A stretch of DNA of 64,000 bases from Eledone cirrhosa (GCA_964016885.1 OZ024742.1:82956001-83020000); one strand, 5' to 3'. Shown: positions 26,998 through 40,842, numbered from the stretch's first letter. The notes: generated from the sequence alone by a model not told the origin. A program made the numbers and translations.

Positions 26998-28188
26998 TTC
27001 TTGACTATAATGCATTACTCACTTTCTAGTTTTCTTATTTTACTTTCAAAATGTCTCCTCTGTATCATAAAGGTGTGTAATTGCACATAAAAAGAAATAT
27101 TAATACATGCACGCACCCACACGCTCATACACACACCCACACTCACACACACACACACACACACTCACACACACGCGCTCTCAAACGCACACAAACTCAA
27201 ATAAAGATGCATGCATGTTTATAGATAATACTGTAGATTCACTGAATTCGATATTGTAGAATACTTCCAAAACATTTGCATAAATCGTTTCCTAAATGCT
27301 TTAGAAAATGGAACTCTATTCACTTCCATGAAAGCCACTGATAGTAGTATCAACTACTAAGTAAATAAATCGCTCGTATATATCAGGATCGATAAAATAT
27401 GTATCAGAATGAAATAATATGTTCGAGAGTGATATGAGCTACTGAAGTCCCTTGAAGCGTTTTCCTTAGCATGACTATATTTCATTGACAAATCCAGTAA
27501 ACTTATATATACGAATCCATTTACTTCACCTTCTGTATTGAATAGTTTGTGCTATAACTGACATTGATACCTTTGTAACATCTTTTACTTCAGATAAATT
27601 TAATATTCATGGATATCAGGAATTACTATTTTTCTGTAAATGAATAAGACCAACTTACTAATATTTATCTTATTCAATATGCTATACGCCGTTCCATTAT
27701 CGCTATCCATTTGTTTTCTGAAAGTTGTCATAATGCTGAAGGTCACTATCCCAACATGTACCCAAACGTCTTTGAAGGTCTAATGTGCTCTTTCTTGATC
27801 TTCTCACAATGGTGCTTTGGACCCATAGGACATAACAGATTTCAACAAGAGAGATGCCTGTGCCTACAATTCTTCTTTGGAATCTACTGAACGGGTTAAT
27901 CTATAAACATATTTTTAGTATACAAGTTTTCAAAATCTAATGGAGCATTACGTTTCAGTTTTCATAGTAGTTATTCCAAAAGGAAGCTAATTATTATTAT
28001 ATTAATTGACATCCGCTTTTATTTTAAGTTGCAATCATGTCACAGTGTAAGAACGAGAGAAACTCGGGTTTCAAGATTTCTTATGCCAACATAAATGACG
28101 CAACTCATCGACCGGATTCGAAAGCTTAGCATTATGTTAAATGTAATCGGAGTAAAAGAAATTGATCCTTTAGTAACAATAACTTATG

Positions 28189-28284
<96 letters not shown>

Positions 28285-28812
28285 TCTCTGCATTCTGATT
28301 GTGAGTGCTCATTTGAAACAGTTCTTCCTTATTTCTTTAGAAATGAAATCCAGTTCGTACGTGCATATCCCAACATTAGTAATTCTCTAACTCTCTGTTT
28401 CTTTTTCTCGAAGTTTCTGGTATTCCTATTCGCACTATTCTTATTACTTATTCTTGACATTTATTGTTATTGAATCTTGGTATTGTGGTTTTGTAAATGC
28501 TTCTGCAGATGCCTATGTTTGCCATATCACTAAAATCTGACACTCCAATGTCGATGTTTCATCGGCAAATGTTACCGTTTGTCGTTTACTATTGTTCACT
28601 ATTATTATTCCCTGTGGAATATTACATATACAGAAATATATATGTAGATAAACATCTCTGCTAATGTTTGATAACATTCCTGGAACTCTACCCAGAGACA
28701 CCTGCATATATACACACTTGCATATATGTAGATGGTTTCATATGTCGGTATGCATAGATCCCGCTAAGGGCGAAACCAGCGATTCTTTGCTTAAATATTA
28801 ATCTGCTATTTT

Positions 28813-28879
<67 letters not shown>

Positions 28880-29026
28880 CATAAATGTTATACACACACA
28901 CACAACATGAAATAAAGTGTTTGCTCAAGGACACAATGCATCACACGGTCCGAGATTCGAACTCACAAGCTCTCAATTGCGAGACCAACGTTCTAACTAC
29001 TGAAGCATATATATAACCCCTAAGCC

Positions 29027-29078
<52 letters not shown>

Positions 29079-29635
29079 TATTATACTTTGGGAGGGTCAT
29101 GTTGCCAATAAGAAACACATGCACCAAGTGTTTCACTTCAATTTATTATAAATTTCCGGTTGGTTGTTTGGGTCTATAACCGGATGGTTGTTCATATATT
29201 GTCAAAGTTTATTCTGGCACGCATTCTGTGACCTCTTCAGTGACTGGGGATTATTTTCTTTATTTTGTGCCTCTCCTTTGTTCTTTCCTACGCCATCTTG
29301 CTTTTGTGTGCGTTGTGTGCGCATGTCTTACATTTGGGTGTCTGTGTGTGTTTTTATTTGATTATTTATTTGTTTATTTAGATGTTACTAGTTAGTTGTT
29401 AGTTCTATGTGTGTGTTTTCATTTTGTCCTCAATTATAAGTTGTGATGTTGCTATTCCATTCATGTGTTCTAGGACAGAACAAAGGTGAGGCACAACATA
29501 AAGAAAAGAATCCCCAGTCACTGAAGAGATCACATAATGTGTGACGAAAGAACTTTGACAATATATGAACAACCATCCAGTTATAGATCCAACCAACCGG
29601 AAATTTATAAATTCCTAAATTCCTAAATTTATAAG
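29079..29635. mobile_element. Head-to-head foldback copy of hammerhead family B
   Basis: Minus copy 29079-~29450 with a degraded HHR (29201-29244) and plus copy ~29470-29635. Confidence 0.75.
29517..29559 (+). ncRNA. Minimal type I hammerhead ribozyme (family B)
   Basis: GTCA-CTGAAGA-GA-TCACAT a ATGTG TGAC-GAAA-GAAC-TT-TGAC. Confidence 0.65.
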
Positions 29636-30367
29636 TATCAGTTTATTTTTTGCACTGGGTGGTTGTTGGCCTTGTACCTAGGGTAGAAACAATTATTTCG
29701 TATTAGTCTCGGGACTCTGAATTATTATTTCGTGGTAGTTTCTTTAGCATTTTAGCCCCCACTTGTTGACCCGTCACCGTAAGATATACTCGGTTGATTA
29801 CTACTACCTCTTAAAAGGGTCTCATTATAATTCCGTCCCACCTAGTAAACTTTTCTATAGTCTAGCAGTACCAGTGAGAGACTTGATGGCTGTCGTTAGG
29901 GAATAGTAACCAGAAATTCTTTTTTTATATTTAATTGTTTTTTTAACATTTTCGGTATTCTTCTATATATTTACCCCATATTGTTTTACTTATTGTTTCG
30001 ACTCCCCCCCCCCCCTGCCCTTCCCTAGTATACTTGCTTGACCTCCTGCCCTGCTGTAGTTGGCACTATCAACCCACGACTTGGTTTCCTCCACCCCCTC
30101 TCCCTCTTTCTTCTACTGGCAGGTTCAGCTACCCCTTCCTTCCACAAATTGGCATGATAGAATTATGTGTCTCAACTACAGACTTTTGACCAATCCTTGT
30201 GACAATCACTTTTACCATATATGGATTTACTCCCTGAGAAGCTCGGCTATTCATATACCAGGATAAAAATGTTCATTTCGTCCAGAATTAGCCGTCGAAA
30301 CGGCTTGAGCTCAGCCGTCGGGGTCCTACTTGTTCCTATTACCCACTCTACTACCCTATGTCCTTCG

Positions 30368-30406
<39 letters not shown>

Positions 30407-30408
<2 letters not shown>

Positions 30409-30552
30409 AATAGTGAAGAATAACATGGTAGGCTGTACAAAAAGGGTTTTATTTACAGTATTAACAATTGTTTCATTGATCAATGAAACAATTGTTAATA
30501 CTGTAAATAAAACCCCTTTTGTACAGCCTACCATGTTATTCTACACTATTTC
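30407..30552. repeat. Near-perfect 146-bp spacerless palindrome
   Basis: Centred on attGATCaat (30479/30480). Confidence 0.9.
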
Positions 30553-31404
30553 TCTAGTATTACTCCTACAATAACCTACATGAGAATTCTCGTAAACTCG
30601 CTACCTAACTAAGGAAACTTCTTGTCGAGTCAAACAACGCCGTACGTTAAAACTATCCATAGTACAGAGAGAGTACTCTCAACCTCTAACTGGATTAACT
30701 AAAACGATAACTTGTTATCCCATATATATATATATATGGTTAGAGAATTGGACTCTCGATTGTGAGGTTGTGAGTACGATTCCCGGAGAGGGTGACGCAT
30801 TATGTCCTTGGGCAAGACAATTTATTTCACGTTGCTCCTTCAGCCTGGAGTTGCGACCGATAGAAAATATTTGCAATTGGAAAGACTAATGCAAACATGG
30901 ATTCCTCGGTCCGATTTAACAAAAACCTCCTCACCTACCCGAAAGAACATCAGCCATTACGGTGGTATATGGGAATAAATATGAACTTGTTGACCAGATT
31001 CCATTTGTTCAGATTTGCCCTCTTCCAAACCATCTTTGGGGTCACGGAATACGCAATCTTTGTCCTTCCATCATACCCACCCCAGGCTAGAGGTCCATCA
31101 CCAGCTTCTACGGCATGAAACAGTGACAGGCCACTCTACATAAAACATACAGGTTACCTCTCACCATAATGAACTTTTTTGTGGTCTTCTTTTTGCCACT
31201 CAGAGGTAGCCTACTTATCACTCGTCATAGCTAAATAATTGGATGCGAGAGTTTTCTTGGGAGACACTGATGTCACACATTGCTCCATCTCCCCGAATTG
31301 TGTACCTTTGTTGGTACGAGATTGCTCATTCTTCCGGCAGCTGCCCGCTTATATGGCAGCTAACCATCATATATGGTGGCTGTGTAGCCCCTCGCCACCT
31401 GCAA

Positions 31405-31740
31405 CCCGTTTTCTAGCAGAGGAAATTGGTGCTAAGTCGAAACCATTCAATGTAGGAGTCCGACTCAACCATGGATGCGTACCGTCCCCTCACATGTTCA
31501 TTATGTTCATGCACAAGATTGACATGCGCAGCTGGGTTATAATTGATATTACGACTAGAAGGTGTATAATAAGTAGACTAGAATTTTCAGACGACATACT
31601 ATTATTTAACTTGACGGAAAGTGTTCTCCGGCTTCCACTTGACAGGTTTGATGCTAAGTGATACATCGCTGGAATCCAAATCATTGCTGCGAAAACTAAG
31701 GTTCACGTTCTCTCAACGACACCTGCGCAGTGATCAACTG
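31405..31740 (+). pseudogene. LINE (RTE-like) RT fragment
   Basis: SKPFNVGVRLNHGCVPSPHMFIMFMHKI...ISRLEFSDDILL; related to 33840-35060. Confidence 0.7.
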
Positions 31741-33839
31741 AATTAAGTGAAATAATTGCAGGAAGTGGTGCAGTAATGTTCTTAATAGATCTAGGATGAT
31801 TAGAGTTAAAGCGTACGTAATTTAGATTCTCATTAAATTTATGGAATGGATAGTAGTGCCCTGTGCTAAGGTGTAATGTTACGTCTAAAGGTTAACGATT
31901 TTAACTATAAAATCGTTAACTTTTTAGACGTAAATGCGCTTCAAAGACGAGGAGTTTGCCACCGCTGAAGTATAAGTACCTCACCAATATAGCTGAAATG
32001 TCGTTATTTAAGAAAGCAGTACTTTAGTAGGATATCTCTTCTCCTATTCTATCGAACAACACACTTTTTTAGCACTCCTATGTTCAGAATTCCTGTTAAA
32101 TGTTTGGAAACCAATAGTCACGCTAAACGTTTGCTCTCAGCCCTCCGTCACTGGTTCCCAGATAGAGAGACCGGGATACAAAGTAAATTCACATGAAGTA
32201 TGTAAATTAATTTTTTAAAGTAAATGTCATTGATAGAAAAATGTAAAATTTGTGGCAGATGAAGTGTAGTGAAATCGGTGTATTAATACATTTTGAAACA
32301 TCCTGTCTCTCCTAAATTAATTTTTAACATTTTCTATTTAAACCTGTTTACCGTTTTAAATTGGTATAATGTTTTCTTAAAATTGAGTCCGGTACTATAT
32401 TGAACGCATTATGTTCTTTCGTTTCCAACATTATTCATGGCTTTCACGGGTATTAATTTTTAGGGGTGACGTATGAGCTCCTGCAACATTTTACTATTTC
32501 TCTGACTCGCATTAAATTTCTTCCTCCCAAAAAGGTTAATTAAGCAATAAATAAAATGTACAACACATTTCTATATTGCTTTTAGGTCTATCTATCGTTT
32601 AAGGCACCAAGTCGCTGTGTTACTCTCAGATGAATTGGTTAAACCATCGTATTTGTAGAAATAGGGCATAATTGGATCAGTAAATTCCCAAATGTTAAAC
32701 CCTTCAGAATTGATTTCATTTGGCGATAAACGAGACACGTATTCGAATTGTTTGACTCAGATTTAATCAACGCATTCAAACGTTTTGGTTTTAGATAAGG
32801 CTGTACATTTCACTATTTCACTCTAACTTGTATTGATTTGCAGCCAGTTAGACCTCCGATTGCTGGTTCAGATATATGATGAAATATAATTCATTTAGAT
32901 ATACTAGGATGCACAGAAAAGATATACATCATGGCATTTAGGATCACTCTGATAAATTTATTGATCAGAAAAGTAATGGTACAGAATCTCCTGTTTATAA
33001 AAACATTCATATTTTTCTATTAGTTCCTCAAATAAAGAGAAAGTGTACTCGAATCTTATAAGGTAAATGTGGTTGTTATGTTGAATTCTACATGTTGATG
33101 CTCCGAAGCAGATCGTTAGAACACAAAGAATTAGTATCGTGTGACTGTGTATGAAAATCCACAAAACTGCATAGATATTGGATAAATCGATATGTGGTAA
33201 AAATCATCCATATCCTAACAATTTAGTGTTCTTTTAATAACCTTATCTCAGAGTACATTATCAACAACAATAACATTTTCTAAAGAAGAGAGAATGTGTA
33301 TTCAGAGGTGAGTGGGTGAAAATATGATTCGACTGGTACATTTAGCATGTCTAGTAAATGGACCTTAAGAAGTGAAAATCGTATTTAATACGGTATTTGT
33401 GTAAAACGACGCTAGAGATTACAAGAAATATAGAAACGAGTGCATTGTGGCTTTCTATTTTAAAGATACAGGCAAATTCTAGTTGCGTATAAGAGACAGA
33501 GAGACAACGAACATTTCAGAATATATTGTAATACAAAATACAAAGGATAGGTAATATAATATAGTTATAGGTACACTTAATAAAAACATGAATGTGTTTT
33601 CATTTAAATTCAAAGTGTTCTGTTTTACCCCCGAGATAGAACGACGAACTAAGATCTCATAAGAGATTGTTACGCGGATTTATATACTTAATGCTGGAAC
33701 AGCGTGTGGACTCGCAGTTACATATTCGCTTACACACACACACACACAATATGCATATATACATATATAATTTTCTTCTTCTTCTTCTTCTTCTTCTTCT
33801 TCTTCTTCTTCTTCTTCTTCTTCTTCTTCTTCTTCTTCA

Positions 33840-35060
33840 TGCGGCCAGAGTACACACACACGCCTTCCAGTGGGTCCTGTCGGAAGCAACCGTCTCCAAC
33901 TGATCCAGCTGGGTCACCAAGTGAAACCAGCCAAGCTCCGGGATGATATCCAAACGTCTTATTTGGGCTCTTCCACTGGGTCACCTACCGATTGTTTTAC
34001 CCGCCAAATCAGACCAGCGATTCTCTACTGAGACATTGCTAATTGCATGCCCTTAGTATTGGAGCTGTGATATCTCAAATCGGAGAAGTTGCGGCTCTAC
34101 TTGGAATGACTCACTGATCTCTGCGCTTGCCACTCTATCGAGTAACGTTACGCCAAAGACCCTTCGGAGGAAACCCATTTCGGCCGCTTGCATGTGCAAT
34201 CGTATTATTTACACCTATCTCCCTTATCCTGATAAACAAATGCTGAAGCTGGCATTTTACTGCACCATCTCCTGAAATCCATGCACTTAATTCTGCCTTT
34301 CATCACTCTTCAATACGGCTGCCAGATACCTGAACTTCTCCAACTGCTTCAGTTTAACTCCATTCACATTTCGAGTGCACTCCGCGGGCTTCCTTGAGAG
34401 GGCATGTGTCTCAGTGTTCCATTCCACCCATGCAGCACTCGACATCAAACCTGTCAAGTGCATGTCGGAGATCAACGTCTGTCGAGTTATGTAACACCAT
34501 GACATCTTCAAACTTCAGCGGATGGATTTTATGTCTGCCAGTTCTGATAACATTTCCAACTCGGCTGCACATGTCAATACTGTCCATGAAAATATTTAAC
34601 AAGATATGTGTCAGTACGCAGCATTGGTGATGTCAGATTCCCACATTGAAGGGTTTTGGTTCGGCACAATTTATCCGGACACAAATACTAAGGCATTCGT
34701 ATTAAAACATCAGGGCAACAAGGAACTGACTATTGACCTCTATTATTTTACTGAACCTTGCACATCAGGTCTCGAGATACGAGATCATATGCCTTTTGGA
34801 GGTCATTAAAACAAGAATATACGTATTGGCAATACACCCAGGATTTTTTTGAAGACATGTCACAGTGTGAATATTTGGTCCACTGTGCTGCAACTGTGGC
34901 AAAAACCACACTGTTCTATAGCTAGCTTGTACTCGAAATATCATGTCATCTCTTTACCAGACACGGAGCATTTACATTACCGGCGAAGCTTAACAAGGAG
35001 ATCACAATGCAATTGAAACACTCTCTCTTATATGCCCTTTATAATTTGTGATCATCAATC
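33840..35060 (-). mobile_element. Degraded RTE-like LINE RT to 3' end with a (GAA)n tail
   Basis: LNIFMDSIDM, LDRFDVECCMGGM, NGVKLKQLEKFRYL; abuts the (CTT)n tract at 33773-33838. Confidence 0.75.
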
Positions 35061-35140
35061 CCGATTGCCATTGCTTAGTCTTTTCAAATCCAGCTATCTC
35101 TGTATATGCCTTCAATCAGACACTTGTATATGTATATATC

Positions 35141-35219
<79 letters not shown>

Positions 35220-35284
35220 AAATCTCGCTCTACGCGGCTGAATACAATAAAAGTTATCTGAGTTTTTCGAGCCATGTCAGTAGT

Positions 35285-35434
35285 ATGAACACTTCATTCT
35301 TGCTCTTATGTTGGCATGCGAACAGAACTGCAGATAATAATGTTTCTGGGTATCACCCTTCATCATTACAGCTCACTGTTCACCTGCCAAACTGTCATAG
35401 CTAGTGAACATATGAGCAAGAAAGGAGTGTTCAT
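35285..35434. repeat. Short inverted-repeat element enclosing a degenerate minus-strand hammerhead (35328-35371)
   Basis: 28-bp imperfect arms. Reverse complement CTGTA-ATGATGA-A-GGGT gat ACCC-A-GAAA-cattatta-TC-TGCAG. Confidence 0.5.
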
Positions 35435-35561
35435 TCTCTGACATGGCTATAAAATTGAGGCTTCTTTGCATAATTGCAAACGAATCGAATGTTATTATTA
35501 ATATTCAAATAACTCAGATTACATATATATATATATATATATATATATAAACGTATGCATA

Positions 35562-35660
<99 letters not shown>

Positions 35661-35676
35661 GTATGCATACGTACGT

Positions 35677-35737
<61 letters not shown>

Positions 35738-35747
35738 ATATTATATC

Positions 35748-36137
35748 AGTTTGAAGAGCAGTCAGACAAAATATATCCAACTTTTCTTCTCTTTAGGCCG
35801 CAGAAATTAACTAGATAAATAACCATGAATTCAAAAGGGGTCAGAAGCATCACGTAGCCAGCAGTCAAATTAGAAGGGTCTGAAGCGTAGGTCGGGTGGC
35901 AGGTAGGTTCACTGCTAGAAGGAACAGTTAGTTACAGCCTAAGGTTTACTCAACCGAATGGGAGTATAGAATAAATTCATAAGGATATCAGAGAGGGAAT
36001 TATGTGACATGTATCTGTTATTTATTCAAAGTTATATTTTAAACTTAGCTCCGTTTAAATGTTTATTTATCTAGGTAATTTCTGCGGACTAAGGAGAAGA
36101 AAAATTGGATATATTTTGTCTGACTGTTCTTCAAACT
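35748..36137. repeat. Element bounded by ~75-bp imperfect inverted repeats
   Basis: agtttgaagagcagtcagacaaaatatatccaa... / ...ttggatatattttgtctgactgttcttcaaact. Confidence 0.7.
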
Positions 36138-36335
36138 TATAATTTTATATAGATCTGATTAATAATTATTTGTTTAATTAATTGTTTTATGGAGCCACAC
36201 TCATATATGTATATGTGACTATATCCTTATGGATTTATATATATAGAGAGAGAGATATATAAACAATATGTAGAAAGGATAACACACTAGAGGGAGAGTG
36301 TGTGCCATCAATAAACAGGGAAACCGCCAGTTCTG

Positions 36336-36683
36336 TCTTACGTCATCTTGTTTCTGTGTGTCACACACAGAAACAAGATGGCGTAGGACAGAACAAAGGA
36401 GAGGCACAAAAACAGCGAAAATAATCCCCAGTCACTGAAGAGGTCACAGAATGTGTGACAAAAGAACTTTGACAATATATAAACAACCATCTGGTTGTGG
36501 AACCAACCAACCGGAAATTTATAAATTCCTAAATTTATAAATTTATTATAATAAATTGAAGTGAAAGCAACTGGTGCGTGTTTTTTCTTATTGACAACAT
36601 GACCCTCCCAAAGTATAACAATATCGGTTTCAACACACGTTTTCAGATAAAGAATCTTGCTAAACAAATCAAGAAACGAAATA
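36336..36683 (+). mobile_element. Hammerhead family B copy; HHR at 36431-36473 has GAAA changed to AAAA
   Basis: Colinear with 11550-11819 and extends to the same 3' end as 11153. Confidence 0.75.
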
Positions 36684-36747
36684 TATATATATACATATAG
36701 ATATATATGTTTATATATATATATATTTATATATATATATATATATT

Positions 36748-36924
36748 TAATTGTTTCTACTTTAGGGGAAGGCCAGCAATTACCCAGTACATTACTGGTA
36801 CTTTATTTTATCGACCCCGTAAGGATGAAAGGCAAAGTTAACCTCGGCGGGATTTGAACTCAGACTGTAAAGGGACGTAACTATGCTATAAAAGCAAGGC
36901 GTCCGACCCTCTACCGATACTGCC
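36748..36924 (-). mobile_element. SINE, same family as 4071-4258
   Basis: Reverse-complement match including the B-box. Confidence 0.8.
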
Positions 36925-36939
36925 TATATATATATATAT

Positions 36940-37256
36940 ATACAATATATTAACAAATGGAAACTATATTTATAAAACCATATTTATTTTATTCTACATA
37001 TTTCAAGGGCCACCAGGGCAAATTATGGAGCGTTTCATCAGATAAAATACAATACAGATTTGTTTTATAAATAAACATTGACATACACTGAAAAAAGACA
37101 ACCTTAACGGTTGGAGCTTTCTAGATATAAAACAAATCTGTATTGCATTTTATCTGATGAAAGCGCACCATAAGTTGCTTTGGTCGCCCTTGAAATATGT
37201 ATAATAAAATAAATATGGTTTTATAAATATAGTTTCCATTTGTTAATATATTGTAT
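36940..37256. repeat. Foldback with a hammerhead in each arm (family E)
   Basis: Arms 36940-37069 and 37125-37256; a related 3' fragment lies at 59710-59785. Confidence 0.8.
37147..37210 (+). ncRNA. Type I hammerhead ribozyme (family E)
   Basis: ATTTTAT-CTGATGA-AAG..ACCA...TGGT..CTT-GAAA-TATGTA-TA-ATAAAAT. The minus copy (36986-37048) has G at the U16.1 position. Confidence 0.65.
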
Positions 37257-37342
37257 ATTTACTCCACTACACTCTTGAGTGCTTTATATCAGTTATAAAA
37301 ATGTTTAAGCTTGTTGAATCCCATCAAATTAAATATAACCTC

Positions 37343-37485
<143 letters not shown>

Positions 37486-37608
37486 GAATGTCTGACTGTA
37501 GGCATATAGAGAGACAGCTGGATTTGAAAAAAACTAAGTAATGGCAATCGGGAGTGATGATCCTAAATTATAAAGGGCATATCAGAGAGATTGTTCCAAT
37601 TGCATATG

Positions 37609-37690
<82 letters not shown>

Positions 37691-37729
37691 CATACTTATA
37701 TATATTTGTTTTGCAAGGTTTTTGATATG

Positions 37730-37931
37730 AAATCGTGTGTTGAAACAAATATTTTTATTTTCGTCATCAAGGTGCAGCATAGCTATGTTGTATCTTGATG
37801 ATGAATCGTCATCCGTTTGCTCAATAATAGAACACATTCACTGCGAGTGTGTTCTATTATTATTTCTGCCAATATTATAACAATATGATCCTCCTCAAAT
37901 GTAACATAATATTTGTTTCAAAACACGATTT
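37730..37931. repeat. Nested multi-hairpin element
   Basis: Outer 24-bp inverted repeat enclosing hairpins at 37760-37805 and 37823-37861. Confidence 0.65.
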
Positions 37932-38237
37932 TTAATTTTTACTGGACCGGCAATAGCTCTGTATAATCAGTTCCTGATTATTACTGGAATTCTATAAGAA
38001 TCCAGCCCTTATAATTTTCGGCAGATGTCGGGGAGTACCTTGCACTGTGGGACACCAACAGTGTGAAACAGAATCTGTCGGCTTCTCTTCCTTCCTTTGC
38101 CGAAAAAAGTAAGTGACAAGTTTACAAGTTGTTCAAAATGTGTTTAATTAAACATTGCATATTACCAAATATACTATACATACATTCATGTATACATCGC
38201 TATTTCAGCGCACGAATCCTAATATATATAGATATAT

Positions 38238-38880
38238 ATGAAGTTAATATGCCCACGGGTACTAGGTACCACTGGAAATATATAGGTTGTCTATGATACA
38301 GGGTTGTTCAATGGTATTAATTTGACATACCAGAACTATAATATTGAGATAAGCAGAACAAGCAAAATTCAAACAACTTTTTTAAAATAAATTAAAAAAC
38401 ATAATTTAAAGATTTACCTACTCCAGTTGCTTTTACCGATCGGTTTCCCTTCACAAAACATTAGAAATCCATGGGGACCTCCAATGGAAAAGTCAAGTTC
38501 ATCAGAAAGCATTTTCCTTTCCTAGGACTAAAAGTCCCAGGAACGGCTAAATATATTGCCATCTGCCAGCTAGCACAGGACCGAATGAGGCCAAAATTTG
38601 ACCTGTACATGAACCAGTCCGTAGCAAAAGCGGAAGTAAACATAGACGTGTTGTTTACTCCACCACTAAAAATAGCAGCCAAAGAGAACAACAGATTTGT
38701 TCTCTACATAACGGAGAATATTAAATGAAGTTAATATGCCCACGGGTACTAGGTAACCCTGGAAATATATAGGTTGTCTATGATACAGGGTTGTTCAATG
38801 GTATTAATTTGACATACCAGAACTATAATATTGAGATAAGCAGAACAAGCAAAATTCAATACAATTTTTTAAATTAAATT
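38238..38880 (-). repeat. 487-bp-period partial tandem (~1.3 units) with a central hammerhead
   Basis: Direct repeat of ~150 bp at 38239 and 38726. Confidence 0.85.
38428..38511 (-). ncRNA. Type I hammerhead ribozyme with an expanded stem II (487-bp family)
   Basis: Reverse complement TGCTTT-CTGATGA-aCTT...TCCAT..ATGGA...AAGg-GAAA-CCGATCGG-TA-AAAGCA; palindromic ACCGATCGGT stem III, GUA^ site. Confidence 0.8.
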
Positions 38881-40842
38881 AATACCATTAAACATTCCAT
38901 ATTTAGGTATATGTGTTCTCACAAGTAGATGCACGTACTTCACCATAGTATTGTGTCCCTAAACGAAGTTTATTTCCTTTAATAGATACAATGTAATTTG
39001 TCTGCAGTATGTATACAATGAGATATGATTGTAATATATATTTTTTTTCTATTACAGAATGAGTTGATATTACATTCGGGGTGCACGTAAAAACACGCAA
39101 GAACAACATCAATAATATCTGTGAGGATATATTTAAATTAGCTTTCTTTTAATCTAGGCATTTGAGGTACCTTGGGATCAACCTATATTATAAATTAGGC
39201 ACCTCCTTCAAAAAGCTCTGTCTAAATTTTAGTTTTAAATATAACGTGAGATATAACAAATATCGTATTCTATGACCGCGTATCGTTTAAATAAAGTACG
39301 TAAATTGTTTTTGAAAATCCTCATTATTTTTTTTCAAGAATTAGTGGAATCAGTTTCTTAAGCCAGTCGGATGATGTAAACATTTGTGACTTCGTACATT
39401 TAATAATTACCTAGATTATAGTAATTATAAACTTTCTATGATGTGTCCATTTTCGAGTTCACTTGTGATGTCTACCTGTGGATATTCTAGATTTTTGTGA
39501 GTTATTAATTATTTTCGTTCTAAAAATATACGCTGTTTTACCTGTATTCAATATTGTGCTTTTCAACCATCTTATTGAACATGAAGCTTTGTATGAAGTT
39601 TGTTTCAATTACGTGTTTCCTCTCATTTATTCGAAACCCAATATAATATATTAAGTTGATATATTTTTTGTTTCTTTAGTATTATCAATTAGTATCGTCA
39701 ATCGCGACATTTTATTATGCGCTTCAATAATTTTATAACAATATCAACAGAAATATAAATTCAATAGACATATACGTATATCTAAGCGTGTATTTTGAAT
39801 ATATAGACACACTAAAACTGGTGATTGTTTATATGACCAATTGCAGAAAAGGCAATGCACAAATTGTATTTATATCATAAACCATAAATGATGAAGCACT
39901 CAATCGGGATTTAATGCCTGAGTGCTTTGGATCGAAACTAAATTCTACAATATATTTAATCAACTTCTCTTCTACGCTTTATGTCTGCAACCTTTATGTC
40001 TGCAAATATGTTTTATTGCTAAGGTGATCTGTATTAGCTTTCATCTTCTATTTGCATTACTTGAACAATCTGACTGATTTAAAGTAATTATTTCGTGATT
40101 GTTTTATTTAGTTTTGCTAGTCCTTATATTTCTTTTTTTTTTCTACTCGTGGTTTATGTTGCAGAAACTTGTTCTACAATTGCTTATATTTTACAAGCAA
40201 TTGTTTATTAAGCTAAGCTTGGTGTACTGCATATTTTTGTTGTTTGATTTTGTATAAAGTAAGGGAAATTGTGTTTAGTTGTTTTCCCTCCTCGTTATTG
40301 GAATATTTCTTGAGAATAACGTAAAGAGAAACACTACCACTTCAGTTAAAGATGGACGAAGACAAAGAATACAATTATTTAAGGAATATTATCATCATTT
40401 AGTTATTCTTAATTTTTCTACTTTGCTATACTTCTTGATGATATCATGAAAGGATATATGAATTGTGTCCAATCAAGTTATAGTTAAGAATAAGAAACAA
40501 TATGTCACCCTAATAGAAGAGGCAAATACAACATGTTCCTAACCTCGAAACTTTAAAATACATTACAAAAGGTAGCAGCAACTGAAGTTTTAAATCAACA
40601 TATAACTTCACTGCTCACAAGTGTTTTTTAAGCTTCATATCATGTCTCCCTATTTTATCTGATGAGAACGCAGATATCATCCCATGATGATATTTCTTTT
40701 TGAAATGCGCATAATAAAATATTTGGAACTCTTTTAACCATCTTTTGATCTTATATTATTTATACTCCAGTCCTACAAACCGTAGAGTGCCACTTAGCCG
40801 ATATTTGCATTGCTTTATTGTGCTACAATAAAACTCACCTCC

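Noticed and set aside
39886-39945. ATGATGA-AGCACTCA...TGAGTGCT...GAAAC
   Set aside because: Core mismatch, 7 extra nt before GAAA and no stem I.
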